From Candidatus Omnitrophota bacterium (GTDB taxonomy: Bacteria; Omnitrophota; Gorgyraeia; Gygaellales; Profunditerraquicolaceae), in assembly GCA_026387315.1 (NCBI GenBank), contig JAPLLY010000049.1, forward strand, positions 11,883-75,882: a stretch of DNA of 64,000 nucleotides, written 5' to 3'. The notes beneath the pieces were generated by a model. That model ran no database searches, was not told the origin of the DNA, and was given only the letters and a program-made list of their open reading frames with translations. The position numbers and the translations under genes were made by a program. The first letter of the stretch is position 1. Each line of letters opens with the position of its first letter. This document shows, one piece after another, positions 25,148 to 34,826 of this stretch.

Positions 25148-25708
25148 TTGAAATACTTTAAAGCTATTTTGGTTTTGGGGATATTAGTTTTTGGCGGTTA
25201 TTTATACGCTTCAGATTTAGACCCGCGTTTTCATTCCAAAGAAGAGGTCAAATGGAAATTACCTTTTGGCGCAAGTTATGATTACAGTAATATTTTAGTT
25301 ACCCGGGCTGTAGATGGGGATACGCTGGTTCTGGAAAATAATGAACGGGTGCGCTTAATCGGCATTGATACCCCGGAGATGCACGAATCTAATAAGCTCT
25401 ACCGCGATGCACAGCGTTCGGGGCAGGATGTTGCAACCATTAAGCAGCTAGGTAAGCAGGCTTACGAATTTACTAAGAAACTTGTTGAAGGCAAACGCGT
25501 AAGATTGGAATTTGATGTAGAAAGATTCGATAAATATAAAAGAATTCTGGCTTATGTTTATTTACTCGATGGAACATTTGTAAATGCCAAGATTGTCCAG
25601 GAGGGTTATGCTTCGTTAATGACTTATCCGCCGAATGTAAAATACGCGGATGAGTTTTTAAAATTATATACCCAGGCGCGCCAAAATCAGCGCGGGCTTT
25701 GGAAATAA
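25148..25708 (+). CDS. secreted thermonuclease (staphylococcal-nuclease-like)
   Basis: Signal-like N-terminus. AVDGDTLVLENNERVRLIGIDTPE and ILAYVYL..G..VN..IV.EGYA motifs. Confidence 0.85.
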   Translation: MKYFKAILVLGILVFGGYLYASDLDPRFHSKEEVKWKLPFGASYDYSNILVTRAVDGDTLVLENNERVRLIGIDTPEMHESNKLYRDAQRSGQDVATIKQLGKQAYEFTKKLVEGKRVRLEFDVERFDKYKRILAYVYLLDGTFVNAKIVQEGYASLMTYPPNVKYADEFLKLYTQARQNQRGLWK

Positions 25709-25830
25709 ACACCCCGCGCTTATGGGAATTGCGCGGGTGTTCCCTCGCGGGAAAATTGCGCGGGTGTGCCTTTGTGGGCAAACACCCGGCCCAATTGGAT
25801 GGGCCGGTGTACACTTTCTGTGCAAGGAGG
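25709..25830 (+). repeat. cluster of three family-C hairpin-1 variants ending in the aroC SD
   Basis: ACACCCCGCGC..GCGCGGGTGT (25709-25740), a partial copy at 25742-25768, ACACCCGGCCC-AATTGGAT-GGGCCGGTGT (25782-25810), and AAGGAGG (25824-25830). Confidence 0.7.
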
Positions 25831-25835
25831 AACTT

Positions 25836-26882
25836 ATGTTAAGATGCTTAACTGCGGGAGAATCACATGGCAAAGGAATGGTGGCCATCCTGGAGGGGCT
25901 TTGCGCCGGGCTGGCGGTGGATGTATCGGCTATAAATAAAGAATTAAAACGCCGGCAGTCCGGATTCGGGCGGGGCAGGCGGATGCGGATAGAGAATGAC
26001 CGGGTAGAGATTATCTCGGGTTTAAAAAATAACCGTACTCTGGGGAGCCCGATTACTTTATTGATTAAAAATAAAGATGCCAGTATTGAAAAGCTGCCTA
26101 AGGTGGTTGCCGGGCGGCCGGGCCATGCGGATTTAGCGGGGTTGTTGAAATATGGTTTTACGGATATCCGGGAAGTATTAGAACGCGCTTCAGCGCGCAG
26201 CACGGCAGCTACGGTGGCTTTGGGAGCTTTGTGCAAGAGGTTCTTGGATGAGTTTGGAATTGTAATTACTAGCAGGGTTCTTTCGGTTGGCGGTGAGTCT
26301 ACTAAACAGGGAATAATTTCCAAAATAACCGAAGCGATTGAAAATAAAGATACCGTAGGAGGAATCTTTGAAGTTGTGGCCGCAAACGTTCCCGTGGGGC
26401 TGGGAAGCTATGTGCAGGCTGACCGTAGGCTGGACAGCCGCTTAGCTGCCGGGATTATCTCTATCCCGGGGATTAAATCCTTTGAGGTCGGACTGGGGGC
26501 CGGATATGCGGTTAGTTTTGGCTCAGTAGTGCATGACGCGATTTATCATTCCAAGTCCAAGGGGTATTTTCGCCTGACTAATAATGCCGGCGGTATTGAG
26601 GGCGGGATATCTAACGGGCAGGAGATTATTTTGCGGGCTTGTATGAAGCCGATCTCTACATTGATGCGTCCGCTGGATTCGATAAATATCCAGACCAAAA
26701 AATCTGCTAAGGCCGCGGTTGAGCGTTCGGATATATGCGTAGTTGAATCTGCCGGCGTAGTGGCTGAATCGGCATGCGCCTTGGTTTTGGCTGAGGCTTT
26801 TTTGGAAAAGTTTGGCGCGGATTCTCTGGAGGATATTAAAAACACTTATACAAACTATAAGAAAAGAATAACGCGTGCTTAA
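25836..26882 (+). CDS. aroC: chorismate synthase
   Basis: MLRCLTAGESHGKGMVAILEG, GRRPGHADL, SARSTAA. The track start 25722 translates the repeat cluster. ATG 25836 follows AAGGAGG. Confidence 0.93.
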   Translation: MLRCLTAGESHGKGMVAILEGLCAGLAVDVSAINKELKRRQSGFGRGRRMRIENDRVEIISGLKNNRTLGSPITLLIKNKDASIEKLPKVVAGRPGHADLAGLLKYGFTDIREVLERASARSTAATVALGALCKRFLDEFGIVITSRVLSVGGESTKQGIISKITEAIENKDTVGGIFEVVAANVPVGLGSYVQADRRLDSRLAAGIISIPGIKSFEVGLGAGYAVSFGSVVHDAIYHSKSKGYFRLTNNAGGIEGGISNGQEIILRACMKPISTLMRPLDSINIQTKKSAKAAVERSDICVVESAGVVAESACALVLAEAFLEKFGADSLEDIKNTYTNYKKRITRA

Positions 26883-27162
26883 TTTAGATTATCATAATAT
26901 AAAGGTTGGGAGATATGGGAAGACTAACCAGATAGTTGTTAAGGGGGAGGTTACTAATAATAGCGGCAGGCCTTATAGCGCGGTGGCGGTGCGCGTGGTT
27001 ATTTTTATCAAGAGTATAACAATAGCTAATGTGGTGTTTACGATTAATGGCCTGCTTAACGGGAGCAGTAAGGAATTTGAGAAGGTTTTAGATGATCTGG
27101 AGTATGAGCAGGTAGCTAAAGATATTACCCGTTGTGAGATGTATACTGAAAGCGCGTACTGA
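26875..27162 (+). CDS. hypothetical protein
   Basis: 95-aa ORF overlapping the aroC stop. No family recognised. Confidence 0.35.
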   Translation: MLNLDYHNIKVGRYGKTNQIVVKGEVTNNSGRPYSAVAVRVVIFIKSITIANVVFTINGLLNGSSKEFEKVLDDLEYEQVAKDITRCEMYTESAY

Positions 27163-27234
27163 TCTTTTGAAAAAATATATTGTGAGATAATGCCGCCCTT
27201 TTCGTCTATTGGAGTAGAAAGGGGTGAAGAAGAG

Positions 27235-27492
27235 ATGGAAGAAAACGTAATCAGCGTCAGCCGCATCTATAAGCTGGATACCGATTCCAAGCTTAAGGCT
27301 TTTGCGGATGTTTCATTTTCGGGAGTCCTGATTAAAGGTTTTAGCGTGGTAGATGGCGTAAAAGGGTTATTTGTGAGTATGCCGCGCCATCAAGGTAAAG
27401 ATGGCAAATGGCGAGACACAGTAACTCCTTCGACCAAAGAGCTAAAGCAGCAGTTAAGTGAAGTTGTTCTGGAAGCGTACAAGGGTAGTTAA
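27235..27492 (+). CDS. spoVG: SpoVG family protein
   Basis: KLKAFADVSFSGVLIKGFSVVDGVKGLFVSMP...GKDGKWRD is typical of SpoVG. The start is taken at ATG 27235; the track start is 27190. Confidence 0.85.
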   Translation: MEENVISVSRIYKLDTDSKLKAFADVSFSGVLIKGFSVVDGVKGLFVSMPRHQGKDGKWRDTVTPSTKELKQQLSEVVLEAYKGS

Positions 27493-27499
27493 AAACAAT

Positions 27500-27539
27500 G
27501 GGGACGGTTCTATTTTTTTCGAAAAATAGAACCGTCCCC
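27500..27539. terminator. family-B hairpin after spoVG
   Basis: GGGGACGGTTCTATTTTT-TTCG-AAAAATAGAACCGTCCCC. Confidence 0.6.
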
Positions 27540-27552
27540 TAGATTTCCAATA

Positions 27553-27729
27553 TGAACCCAGCATCTTCTAATTATTCATCATTCTTTAAAGCAATAAGAT
27601 TTAAGAGAATAAGTATAAGCAGAATACTGAATACGATAGAAGGTGCTGGGTGAACCCCGCACCTTCTAGATATTCCATTATTAAAGCCATATGGTTTAAT
27701 GAATTAAATAAAAAAGAAGGTGCGGGGTG
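27553..27729 (+). repeat. two tandem family-A elements ending on the aroK GTG
   Basis: Copy a has arms 27557-27569 and 27638-27650, the variant CCCAGCATCTTCT/AGAAGGTGCTGGG. Copy b has arms 27655-27667 and 27715-27727. TGAA sits at 27553, 27651 and 27728. Confidence 0.8.
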
Positions 27730-28248
27730 AATATTTATCTTATTGGATTCATGGGTACTGGTAAGACTTCTGTTGGCCGCCAGTTGGCTAAAGAGAAGGA
27801 ATGGAATTTTATCGATTTGGATGAGCTGATAGAATTAAAACAACAGCGCAGGATTGTGGATATTTTTGCTCAGGAGGGTGAGCCGTATTTTCGTAAAATT
27901 GAGAAAAAATTCTTAAGGCAGGTTTGCTCTCAGAAAAAATTCGTAGTGGCTTGCGGCGGGGGAGTAGTTTTAGATCCGGACAATATCAAGCTGATGAAGA
28001 AAACCGGGATTTTAATCTGTCTTTGCGCTGCCGGCGAGGTGATTTTAAAAAGAGTCTCTACCAGCGCGTCGCGCCCGATTTTAAATGTTGCCAAGCCCCG
28101 GGAGCGTATAGAACTTTTGCTAAAAATGCGCGCGCCTTATTATATACAAGCGGATAAAACAATTGATACCTCCAAACTTTCGATAAAAGAGGCGGTAACT
28201 AAGATTATTAAAATAGTTTCTTCTGGGGCCGTAAGTAGAAAAAGGTAG
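27727..28248 (+). CDS. aroK: shikimate kinase
   Basis: IYLIGFMGTGKTSVGR Walker A, and GGGVV. Confidence 0.9.
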   Translation: MNIYLIGFMGTGKTSVGRQLAKEKEWNFIDLDELIELKQQRRIVDIFAQEGEPYFRKIEKKFLRQVCSQKKFVVACGGGVVLDPDNIKLMKKTGILICLCAAGEVILKRVSTSASRPILNVAKPRERIELLLKMRAPYYIQADKTIDTSKLSIKEAVTKIIKIVSSGAVSRKR

Positions 28249-28262
28249 AATAACAGGAAAAA

Positions 28263-29354
28263 ATGACTGAACTTGAAGCATTTGTAGGGTTAAACCTTAT
28301 TTCTAATATTGGCAGCGTAAGGCTAAGCAAGTTACTGGAAGTTTTTGGCAAGCCACAAGAAATATTTAGCGCGAAGTATGAACATTTGGCTTCTATTTTT
28401 GGGATAGGGAGCCAAATCGCGTCTGGCATTGTTTCTTTTAAAAAAGAGAATATAGAAAAAGAACTTTTTTCTTCTGAGAAACTGGGTATTAAAATTCTTA
28501 CCTTAAACGATAAGGATTATCCGGAAAATTTAAGGCAGATTCCCGGGGCGCCGATTGTGCTTTATGTTTTAGGCAGTATAATCGCGCAGGATAACTTAGC
28601 GATTGGTATTGTGGGTTCGCGCCGCGCCTCATTTTACGGTTTAAGCAACGCAGAAATTTTTGCCTCTCAATTATGTGCCCAAGGCATAACCATTGTTTCC
28701 GGGATGGCCCGTGGGGTGGATACTTACGCGCATCGTGGAGCCTTAAAAGCCAAGGGGCGCACTATCGCGGTAATGGGCAGCGGTTTTAGCCATATTTATC
28801 CGGCGGAGAACGCGGATTTAGCCAAAGATATTGCTCTATCCGGAGCAGTAATTTCGGAATTTCCCATGGAAACAAAACCCTTGCCGGGAAATTTTCCCCG
28901 GCGTAATCGCTTAATTAGTGGTTTAAGTTTAGGTGTTTTAATCACCGAAGCAGCCAGGAATAGCGGGGCTTTAATTACCGCGGATTTTGCTTTGGAACAA
29001 GGCAGGGAGGTTTTTGCTTTACCCGGCAGGATAGATTCGGTTGGCTCAATGGGAGCTAATGCCTTGCTTAAACAAGGAGCAAAAATAGTTACTTGTTGTG
29101 ATGATATTCTTGAGGAATTGAATTTAGCTGCGTCAAACATGAAAAAAATAGAACCTGAGGTAAAAAAGCAAGAAATTGCCTACGGAAAAGAAGAAAGCCG
29201 GCTTTATGAACACATAACCCAGCATCCGGTAGCCATAGATGATTTAGTGCAGAAGTCATCGTTCAGCAGCAGCCAGGTCTTGAGTTTAATTTTAAAATTA
29301 CAGTTTAAGAAACTAATTAAAGCATTGCCGGGAAAACAATTTATCAGAAATTAA
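28263..29354 (+). CDS. dprA: DNA processing protein DprA
   Basis: GSRRAS.YG, SGMARGVDTYAHRGAL, FPRRNRLISGLS. Confidence 0.9.
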   Translation: MTELEAFVGLNLISNIGSVRLSKLLEVFGKPQEIFSAKYEHLASIFGIGSQIASGIVSFKKENIEKELFSSEKLGIKILTLNDKDYPENLRQIPGAPIVLYVLGSIIAQDNLAIGIVGSRRASFYGLSNAEIFASQLCAQGITIVSGMARGVDTYAHRGALKAKGRTIAVMGSGFSHIYPAENADLAKDIALSGAVISEFPMETKPLPGNFPRRNRLISGLSLGVLITEAARNSGALITADFALEQGREVFALPGRIDSVGSMGANALLKQGAKIVTCCDDILEELNLAASNMKKIEPEVKKQEIAYGKEESRLYEHITQHPVAIDDLVQKSSFSSSQVLSLILKLQFKKLIKALPGKQFIRN

Positions 29355-29412
29355 ATACCCAATTCCGACACCGGGAGTCGGAATTGGGTATTATGTAAAA
29401 AGGGAGATAAAG

Positions 29413-29979
29413 ATGGATATTCGGATTAATAAAGAAAAGGGCTGTATTGAAGCAATTTTTTATTATCGGGATTATCATCACAAATTAGGTTTTTTACTTT
29501 CTATTTTTCTACTTATTTTTGGTTTGCCGTTTTTAATTGATGGAATCCGTCATCATGCATTTGGCACTACTTCTTTTTTCTTAATGCTCTTATCGCCTTT
29601 CTTTTTAGGTTTATTATGGGCTATCATTGGAAAGCAAAAATTATTTATTTCTCAAGACAAGATTGAGATGAGTGAACTCATAGGAAATTTTGTTTATCGT
29701 AAAAAGACTTTCTCAACAAGCGAAATTGAGAGTATGCATCTTCATTGCGGTGTTGTGCATGATTGTAGAGAGGAAACAGAAGAGGTTGTTTTTGAAGGTT
29801 TAGTTTTTACTATAAGAGGCGGCAAACAACTGAAACCTTTTAATTATCTTAATAAAGCAGATTCACGATATTTACAAGAAGAGATAAAAAGTTTTCTAAA
29901 CTTAACAATATCTGTTAATTGTTCTTGTGCGAATCTAAAAATACCCCATTCCGACTCCCGGTGTCGGAATGGGGTATAA
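29413..29979 (+). CDS. hypothetical 2-TM membrane protein
   Basis: 188 aa with two hydrophobic helices. The last 12 codons (IPHSDSRCRNGV) are a translation of REP2. Confidence 0.45.
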   Translation: MDIRINKEKGCIEAIFYYRDYHHKLGFLLSIFLLIFGLPFLIDGIRHHAFGTTSFFLMLLSPFFLGLLWAIIGKQKLFISQDKIEMSELIGNFVYRKKTFSTSEIESMHLHCGVVHDCREETEEVVFEGLVFTIRGGKQLKPFNYLNKADSRYLQEEIKSFLNLTISVNCSCANLKIPHSDSRCRNGV

Positions 29980-30640
29980 AACGATAATGCCTTTAAGAAA
30001 AGAAATGTTAGTTACGGGAGAGGTGTATCATATTTTTAATAAAAGTATAGCCGGATTTAAGATATTTAACAATCAAGCTGATTTTTCAAGAATTGTGGAT
30101 GTAATTAGTTATTATCAGAAAGAGAAACAACCAATCAGTTTTTCTAACTTTATTAAGATAAAACATGGTTTTTCTCAGAAGAGTCTGACTGAAGGAATAG
30201 TTGTAGAAATAATTGCTTATTGTATTATGCCGACACATATACATTTGATTCTCAAGCAGTTAAAAAATAATGGAATAACAGCTTTTATCGGCAACATTTT
30301 AAATAGTTATACGCGATATTTTAATATTAAGTATAATAGGAAAGGTCCGTTATGGCAGGGGCGGTTTAAGAATGTAATAGTTGAAAATGAGGAGCAACTT
30401 CTTCATCTGACCCGGTATATACATTTAAATCCTGTAACCGGATATTTGGTTAATAAGCCCGAAGAATGGAGCGCTTCTTCTTACAAAGAATATTTATCGG
30501 GAGATAGTGTCGAATATCCAATTTGTAACTATTCAGATTTTTTACCAATGGTTGATTTCTCTTACAAAAAATTTGTTGATGATCATATTTCTTATCAGAA
30601 AGAAGTGGTAAAAATAAAAGATTTAATTGTTGAAAATTGA
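29969..30640 (+). CDS. REP-associated tyrosine transposase (IS200/Y1-like, RAYT)
   Basis: YHIFNKS..., IIAYCIMPTHIHLIL (HUH-type HxH), WQGRFK, LTRYIHLNPV. ATG 29987 is an alternative start outside REP2. Confidence 0.8.
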   Translation: MGYKTIMPLRKEMLVTGEVYHIFNKSIAGFKIFNNQADFSRIVDVISYYQKEKQPISFSNFIKIKHGFSQKSLTEGIVVEIIAYCIMPTHIHLILKQLKNNGITAFIGNILNSYTRYFNIKYNRKGPLWQGRFKNVIVENEEQLLHLTRYIHLNPVTGYLVNKPEEWSASSYKEYLSGDSVEYPICNYSDFLPMVDFSYKKFVDDHISYQKEVVKIKDLIVEN

Positions 30641-30707
30641 GTTTTATCAATTCCGACCCCCGGAGTTGGGAGGTTGAGATTTGCTGGGGGAAATTATGGA
30701 GAATTAA

Positions 30708-32732
30708 ATGAGTAAGAATCTAGTGATTGTTGAGTCACCGACTAAGGCCAAAACCATCAGTAAGATTCTGGGTGATGATTTTCGGGTAGTTTCATCGATG
30801 GGGCATATTATTGATTTGCCGGCGAAAAAGCTCGGGGTGGATGTAGAAGATAAATTTAAACCGGTATATGTGGTAATTCCGGGCCGGAAAAAAATATTAG
30901 CGCAATTAAAAAAAGAAGCTAAGGGGAAAGAAAATATCTATATTGCTACCGACCCTGACCGGGAAGGCGAGGCAATTGGCTGGCAGATAAAAGAAAAATT
31001 ATTTAAAGGTAAAAACGTTTTAAGGGTAAGTTTTCATGAGATTACTCCGCATGCCGTGGCAGAGGCTTTTAAAAACGCGCGGGAGTTTGACGTTAAAATG
31101 ATTGAGGCTCAGGTTGGCCGCAGGGTTCTGGACCGGATGGTGGGATATTTTTTGAGCCCCTTGCTTTGGAAAAAAATTGCCCGCGGCTTAAGCGCTGGGC
31201 GCGTGCAATCCGTGGGATTAAGGTTAATTGTGGAAAGGGAGCGGCAGATTCAGAAGTTTACCGCTAATGAATATTGGGAGATTTCCGTGGAATTATTTAA
31301 GCCTAAAGTTTCGGGCCAAAGTAATTTTTGCGCTAAGCTGGATAAAATTGATAATCAGAAAGTAGAGATTTCACGTAACCAGGATGCTCAAAGTATTTGT
31401 GATCAGTTAAAGGGCAAAGAGTTTAGAGTTTTAGAGATTAAAAAAACAGAAAAAAAGCGTTATCCTCCGGCTCCGTTTATTACCAGCACTCTGCAGCAGG
31501 AGGCGTTTAATAAGTTTAGGTTTAACGCTTCCAAGACGATGTTAATCGCCCAGCAGCTTTATGAAGGTATTGACATTGGCGAGGATAATCCCGTAGGTTT
31601 AATTACTTATATGCGCACGGATTCACCTAATGTTGCCGCGGAGGCAATCCAAGAGGCGCGTGAGCATATTGGAAGAAGTTTTGGCAAAAATTTTATTCCG
31701 GATAAACCAAATGTTTATAAAGCCAAGAAGTCCGCGCAGGAAGCGCATGAGGCAATCCGCCCCAGTTATATTTGCCGGTCACCGGAAGCAATAAAGGATT
31801 TTCTTAATCATGATCAAATACGGCTTTATGAGCTTGTCTATAATCGTTTCTTAGCCAGCCAGATGAAGCCGGCGGAGTTTTTGGCAACCGCGGTGGATAT
31901 TTTAGCGGATAAACCCAGCCCCTGTCCGCAGGGGCTGGGTAAATATTTATTCGTTGCCAGCGGCAGCCGCTTGGTTTTTGAGGGTTTTCTGGCCGCTTAT
32001 AATAAAATCCAGGCAGAAGAAAAAGAAGACTTTGATGAGGAGAAAGAAAAAGCTAAGAATGTAATTCCTCCCTTAGAGCAGGGTGAACTGCTCGGCTTAA
32101 AAACTCTTACTCCTTCGCAGCATTTTACCAAGCCTCCGCCCAGGTTTTCGGATAGCTCATTAATTAAGGCTTTGGAAGAGGAGGGAATTGGCCGGCCTTC
32201 GACCTACGCGCCGATTATTTATACGATTATTTTACGTGATTATGTCCGCCGGATCAAAGGCTACCTTAATCCTTCGGAGCTGGGCATTAAGGTAAATGAT
32301 ATGCTGGTAGAATATTTTCCTAAGATTATTGACGTAAAATTTACGGCGGCAGTTGAAGAAAAACTGGATGAGGTTGCGGAAGGCACGCTTAGCAGGGTCA
32401 AGATATTAGAAGATTTTTATTTACCTTTTAAAGAGAGCCTGGATTTTGCTCAAGCCAACATCGTCAAGGAGATTATCACTACGGACCAGCTTTGTGATAA
32501 ATGCGGTAAGCCTTTAATTGTAAAGTGGGGAAGGCGCGGTAAATTTTTAAGCTGTTCTGCTTTTCCGGAGTGCAAGAATTCAAAGTCGATTACTTCAGGG
32601 GTTAAGTGTGGAGTTGAAAATTGCCCTGGAGAGTTAATCGAGCGCCACTCTAAACGCGGGGTTTTCTACGGCTGCTCAAATTTTCCTAAATGTACTTTTA
32701 CTTCGCGCGACTTACCAGAAAATAAAGAGTAA
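30708..32732 (+). CDS. topA: DNA topoisomerase I
   Basis: LVIVESPTKAKTI, TDPDREGEAI, LITYMRTDS and C-terminal Cys4 zinc fingers. Classic dprA-topA neighbourhood. Confidence 0.95.
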   Translation: MSKNLVIVESPTKAKTISKILGDDFRVVSSMGHIIDLPAKKLGVDVEDKFKPVYVVIPGRKKILAQLKKEAKGKENIYIATDPDREGEAIGWQIKEKLFKGKNVLRVSFHEITPHAVAEAFKNAREFDVKMIEAQVGRRVLDRMVGYFLSPLLWKKIARGLSAGRVQSVGLRLIVERERQIQKFTANEYWEISVELFKPKVSGQSNFCAKLDKIDNQKVEISRNQDAQSICDQLKGKEFRVLEIKKTEKKRYPPAPFITSTLQQEAFNKFRFNASKTMLIAQQLYEGIDIGEDNPVGLITYMRTDSPNVAAEAIQEAREHIGRSFGKNFIPDKPNVYKAKKSAQEAHEAIRPSYICRSPEAIKDFLNHDQIRLYELVYNRFLASQMKPAEFLATAVDILADKPSPCPQGLGKYLFVASGSRLVFEGFLAAYNKIQAEEKEDFDEEKEKAKNVIPPLEQGELLGLKTLTPSQHFTKPPPRFSDSSLIKALEEEGIGRPSTYAPIIYTIILRDYVRRIKGYLNPSELGIKVNDMLVEYFPKIIDVKFTAAVEEKLDEVAEGTLSRVKILEDFYLPFKESLDFAQANIVKEIITTDQLCDKCGKPLIVKWGRRGKFLSCSAFPECKNSKSITSGVKCGVENCPGELIERHSKRGVFYGCSNFPKCTFTSRDLPENKE

Positions 32733-32764
32733 GATATTGATAGCTTGGGAGTGGAGCGGCTTGC

Positions 32765-32799
32765 GTCATTCTGAGGAAGCAAAGCGGCCGAAGAATCTC
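32765..32799 (+). repeat. family-D element
   Basis: GTCATTCTGAGGAAGCAAAGCGGCCGAAGAATCTC. Confidence 0.6.
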
Positions 32800-32846
32800 G
32801 TTGGTAATTGACATTAGGGCACAGCCTGAATATCGCAGGAGAAAAC

Positions 32847-34676
32847 ATGAAGAAGAAAAGACTGTTAATTCTATTATTAGTTTTATTTTTTCCAGTTTCT
32901 ATATTTGCGGAAATAATTGTACTTAAGTCTGGCAAAACAGTAGAAGGAAAATTCATTGAAAAGACAGATAAGTATATAAAGATAGATTTTCAAGGCGTCC
33001 CATTGATATATTATATTGATGAGATTGAGAGTATTGATGGGGTAATACAAAACTCGCCCTTAATAAAAGAAAAAAAATCATCACAAGAAAATAATACTGC
33101 TTCAGGTGAAGTAGGAATCAAGATAGTGAATATAAAAAGCAATGAATTATTTAAGGATAGAAGTATGAATTCTATTATTTATTACCAAGATGGGAGGGTA
33201 CTAGAGGTAAAAATAGTAAGCAGGGTTAAAGATTCGGTGGTTTTGGAGGTAATGCCTGGTGTAGATGCCAGAATAGATATGAAGGGCATTGATTCAATAG
33301 AGACAATTGTTCCAAATTTGCTTAACAACGTCTATATTAATGAAAATTACGGCATTTCTATGAGGGGGCCGAAAGATTGGGTTATGGTTACTCCGGAAGG
33401 TTATTATAAAGAAGCGATAAAATGGGATAAAAGCCAGCTGGTGTATTTTCATAAACATCCGATTGAAGAGTATAGGCTTAAGGGCAAAATTGATTCATTC
33501 ATTAGTGTGGTGGTAGATGAAGATCATCCATCTATAAATACTGCTTGGGATTATGCCCAGCAAAGAGCGCGACTTTTTAAAAAAGCGCTGCCGGATATTC
33601 TAATAGATGGGCCGATAGAAATTGATTTAAACGGTAGAAAATGGGTAAAATTAGGAATACAATCACGATTAGAGCCGTTTAATATGAGACAATTAAATTA
33701 TTTTTTGTTCCGTGGGAAAGCGATATTCTGGATCTCTTTTGGTGATACTCCCGATGATTTTGAGCGGGAGTTGCCTGTTTTTCAAGAGTCATTGAATAGC
33801 CTGGAGCTGATTGAGGTTGGAGGCATTAATAGAGTAAAGCAAAATTTCACTTCAACAAAAGAAAAAGCATTGTTTCATGAAAATAATTGGGCCCCTATCG
33901 ATTCTAAGGCCGCGGAAGAATATTTAAATCACGGAGTTGCCTCCGATAAACAAAGTAATTTTTCCAAAGACATCTGCGACTATACTAAAGCTATTGAAAT
34001 TAATCCTAAAAATGAAGAAGCTTATCATAACCGTGGGTCTATCTATGTTAGACAAGGTAACTTTTCTCAAGCCATCTTTGATTTTACCAGAGCTATTGAA
34101 ATAAACCCTAACAATGCAGAGTCCTATAACAACCGCGGGTTTGTCTATGCTAACCAGGGTAGTTTCATCCAAGCCATATCTGATTTTGCTAAAGCTATCA
34201 AAATTAATCCTAACTTTGTAGAGGCTTATCAAAATCGCGGGCTTGCCTACGTTCAACAAGATAACCTGCCTCAAGCTATATCTGATTATACTAAAGCCAT
34301 TGAAATTGACCCTAGTTATGTAATAGCTTATAATACCCGTGGGCTTGCCTATAGCAAGCAAGGAAACTTTACTCAAGCTATTTCTGATTATACTAAAGCC
34401 ATTGCAATAAAACCTAATTACATAGATGTTTATTTTAATCGCGGGATTATTTTCTTAGAGCAAGGTAATTTACCTCACGCCATCTCCGACTTAACCAAGG
34501 TTGTTGAAATAAATCCTAATGATGCAAGGGCTTACCGCAACCGTGCGCTTGCCTATTATGCGGAAAAAGAATATGACTTGGCTTGGGCAGATGTGCATAA
34601 GGCAGAAGAGCTAGGATTGGCTGTGAATCCTGAAATCCTTAACACACTTAAGAAAGCATCGGGGAGGGATAAATAG
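32847..34676 (+). CDS. secreted TPR-repeat protein
   Basis: ATG 32847 after AGGAG gives the signal peptide MKKKRLLILLLVLFFPVSIFA. The C-terminal third holds about 8 tandem 34-aa TPR units (AISDYTKAIEI.P....AY.NRG). Confidence 0.8.
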   Translation: MKKKRLLILLLVLFFPVSIFAEIIVLKSGKTVEGKFIEKTDKYIKIDFQGVPLIYYIDEIESIDGVIQNSPLIKEKKSSQENNTASGEVGIKIVNIKSNELFKDRSMNSIIYYQDGRVLEVKIVSRVKDSVVLEVMPGVDARIDMKGIDSIETIVPNLLNNVYINENYGISMRGPKDWVMVTPEGYYKEAIKWDKSQLVYFHKHPIEEYRLKGKIDSFISVVVDEDHPSINTAWDYAQQRARLFKKALPDILIDGPIEIDLNGRKWVKLGIQSRLEPFNMRQLNYFLFRGKAIFWISFGDTPDDFERELPVFQESLNSLELIEVGGINRVKQNFTSTKEKALFHENNWAPIDSKAAEEYLNHGVASDKQSNFSKDICDYTKAIEINPKNEEAYHNRGSIYVRQGNFSQAIFDFTRAIEINPNNAESYNNRGFVYANQGSFIQAISDFAKAIKINPNFVEAYQNRGLAYVQQDNLPQAISDYTKAIEIDPSYVIAYNTRGLAYSKQGNFTQAISDYTKAIAIKPNYIDVYFNRGIIFLEQGNLPHAISDLTKVVEINPNDARAYRNRALAYYAEKEYDLAWADVHKAEELGLAVNPEILNTLKKASGRDK

Positions 34677-34716
34677 GTTCATTTTGTACTGAAGTAAAGG
34701 AGCATTATAAAAGAAC

Positions 34717-34757
34717 GTCATTCTGAAGAAGACGCCATAGGCGGCTGACGAGAATGA
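34717..34757 (+). repeat. family-D element
   Basis: TCATTCT...AGAATGA outer stem around GACGCC-ATA-GGCGGC. GATGACGGAAGA direct repeats follow at 34766 and 34807. Confidence 0.6.
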
Positions 34758-34826
34758 AATCTTAAGATGACGGAAGAGCAATTTTAAGAGACTGAGATTC
34801 AGTTTGGATGACGGAAGAAATTGATT

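Larger units (their letters stand above)
29354..30676. mobile_element. REP/RAYT unit (REPtron-like): two inverted REP hairpins, an intervening ORF, a Y1-transposase-like gene and a degenerate third REP
   Basis: REP1 is AATACCCAATTCCGAC-ACCGGGA-GTCGGAATTGGGTATT (29354-29392). REP2 is ATACCCCATTCCGAC-TCCCGGT-GTCGGAATGGGGTAT (29941-29977), whose loop is the reverse complement of the REP1 loop. A degenerate copy lies at 30648-30676. Confidence 0.7.

Noticed and set aside
25722-25835. N-terminal extensions given by the ORF track for aroC (25722), greA (37079), GT9 (45937), spoVG (27190), the TPR protein (32808) and ORF6N (6478)
   Set aside because: The extensions translate family-C repeats or lack an SD. 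In each case an internal ATG with a good SD matches the conserved N-terminus of the family.
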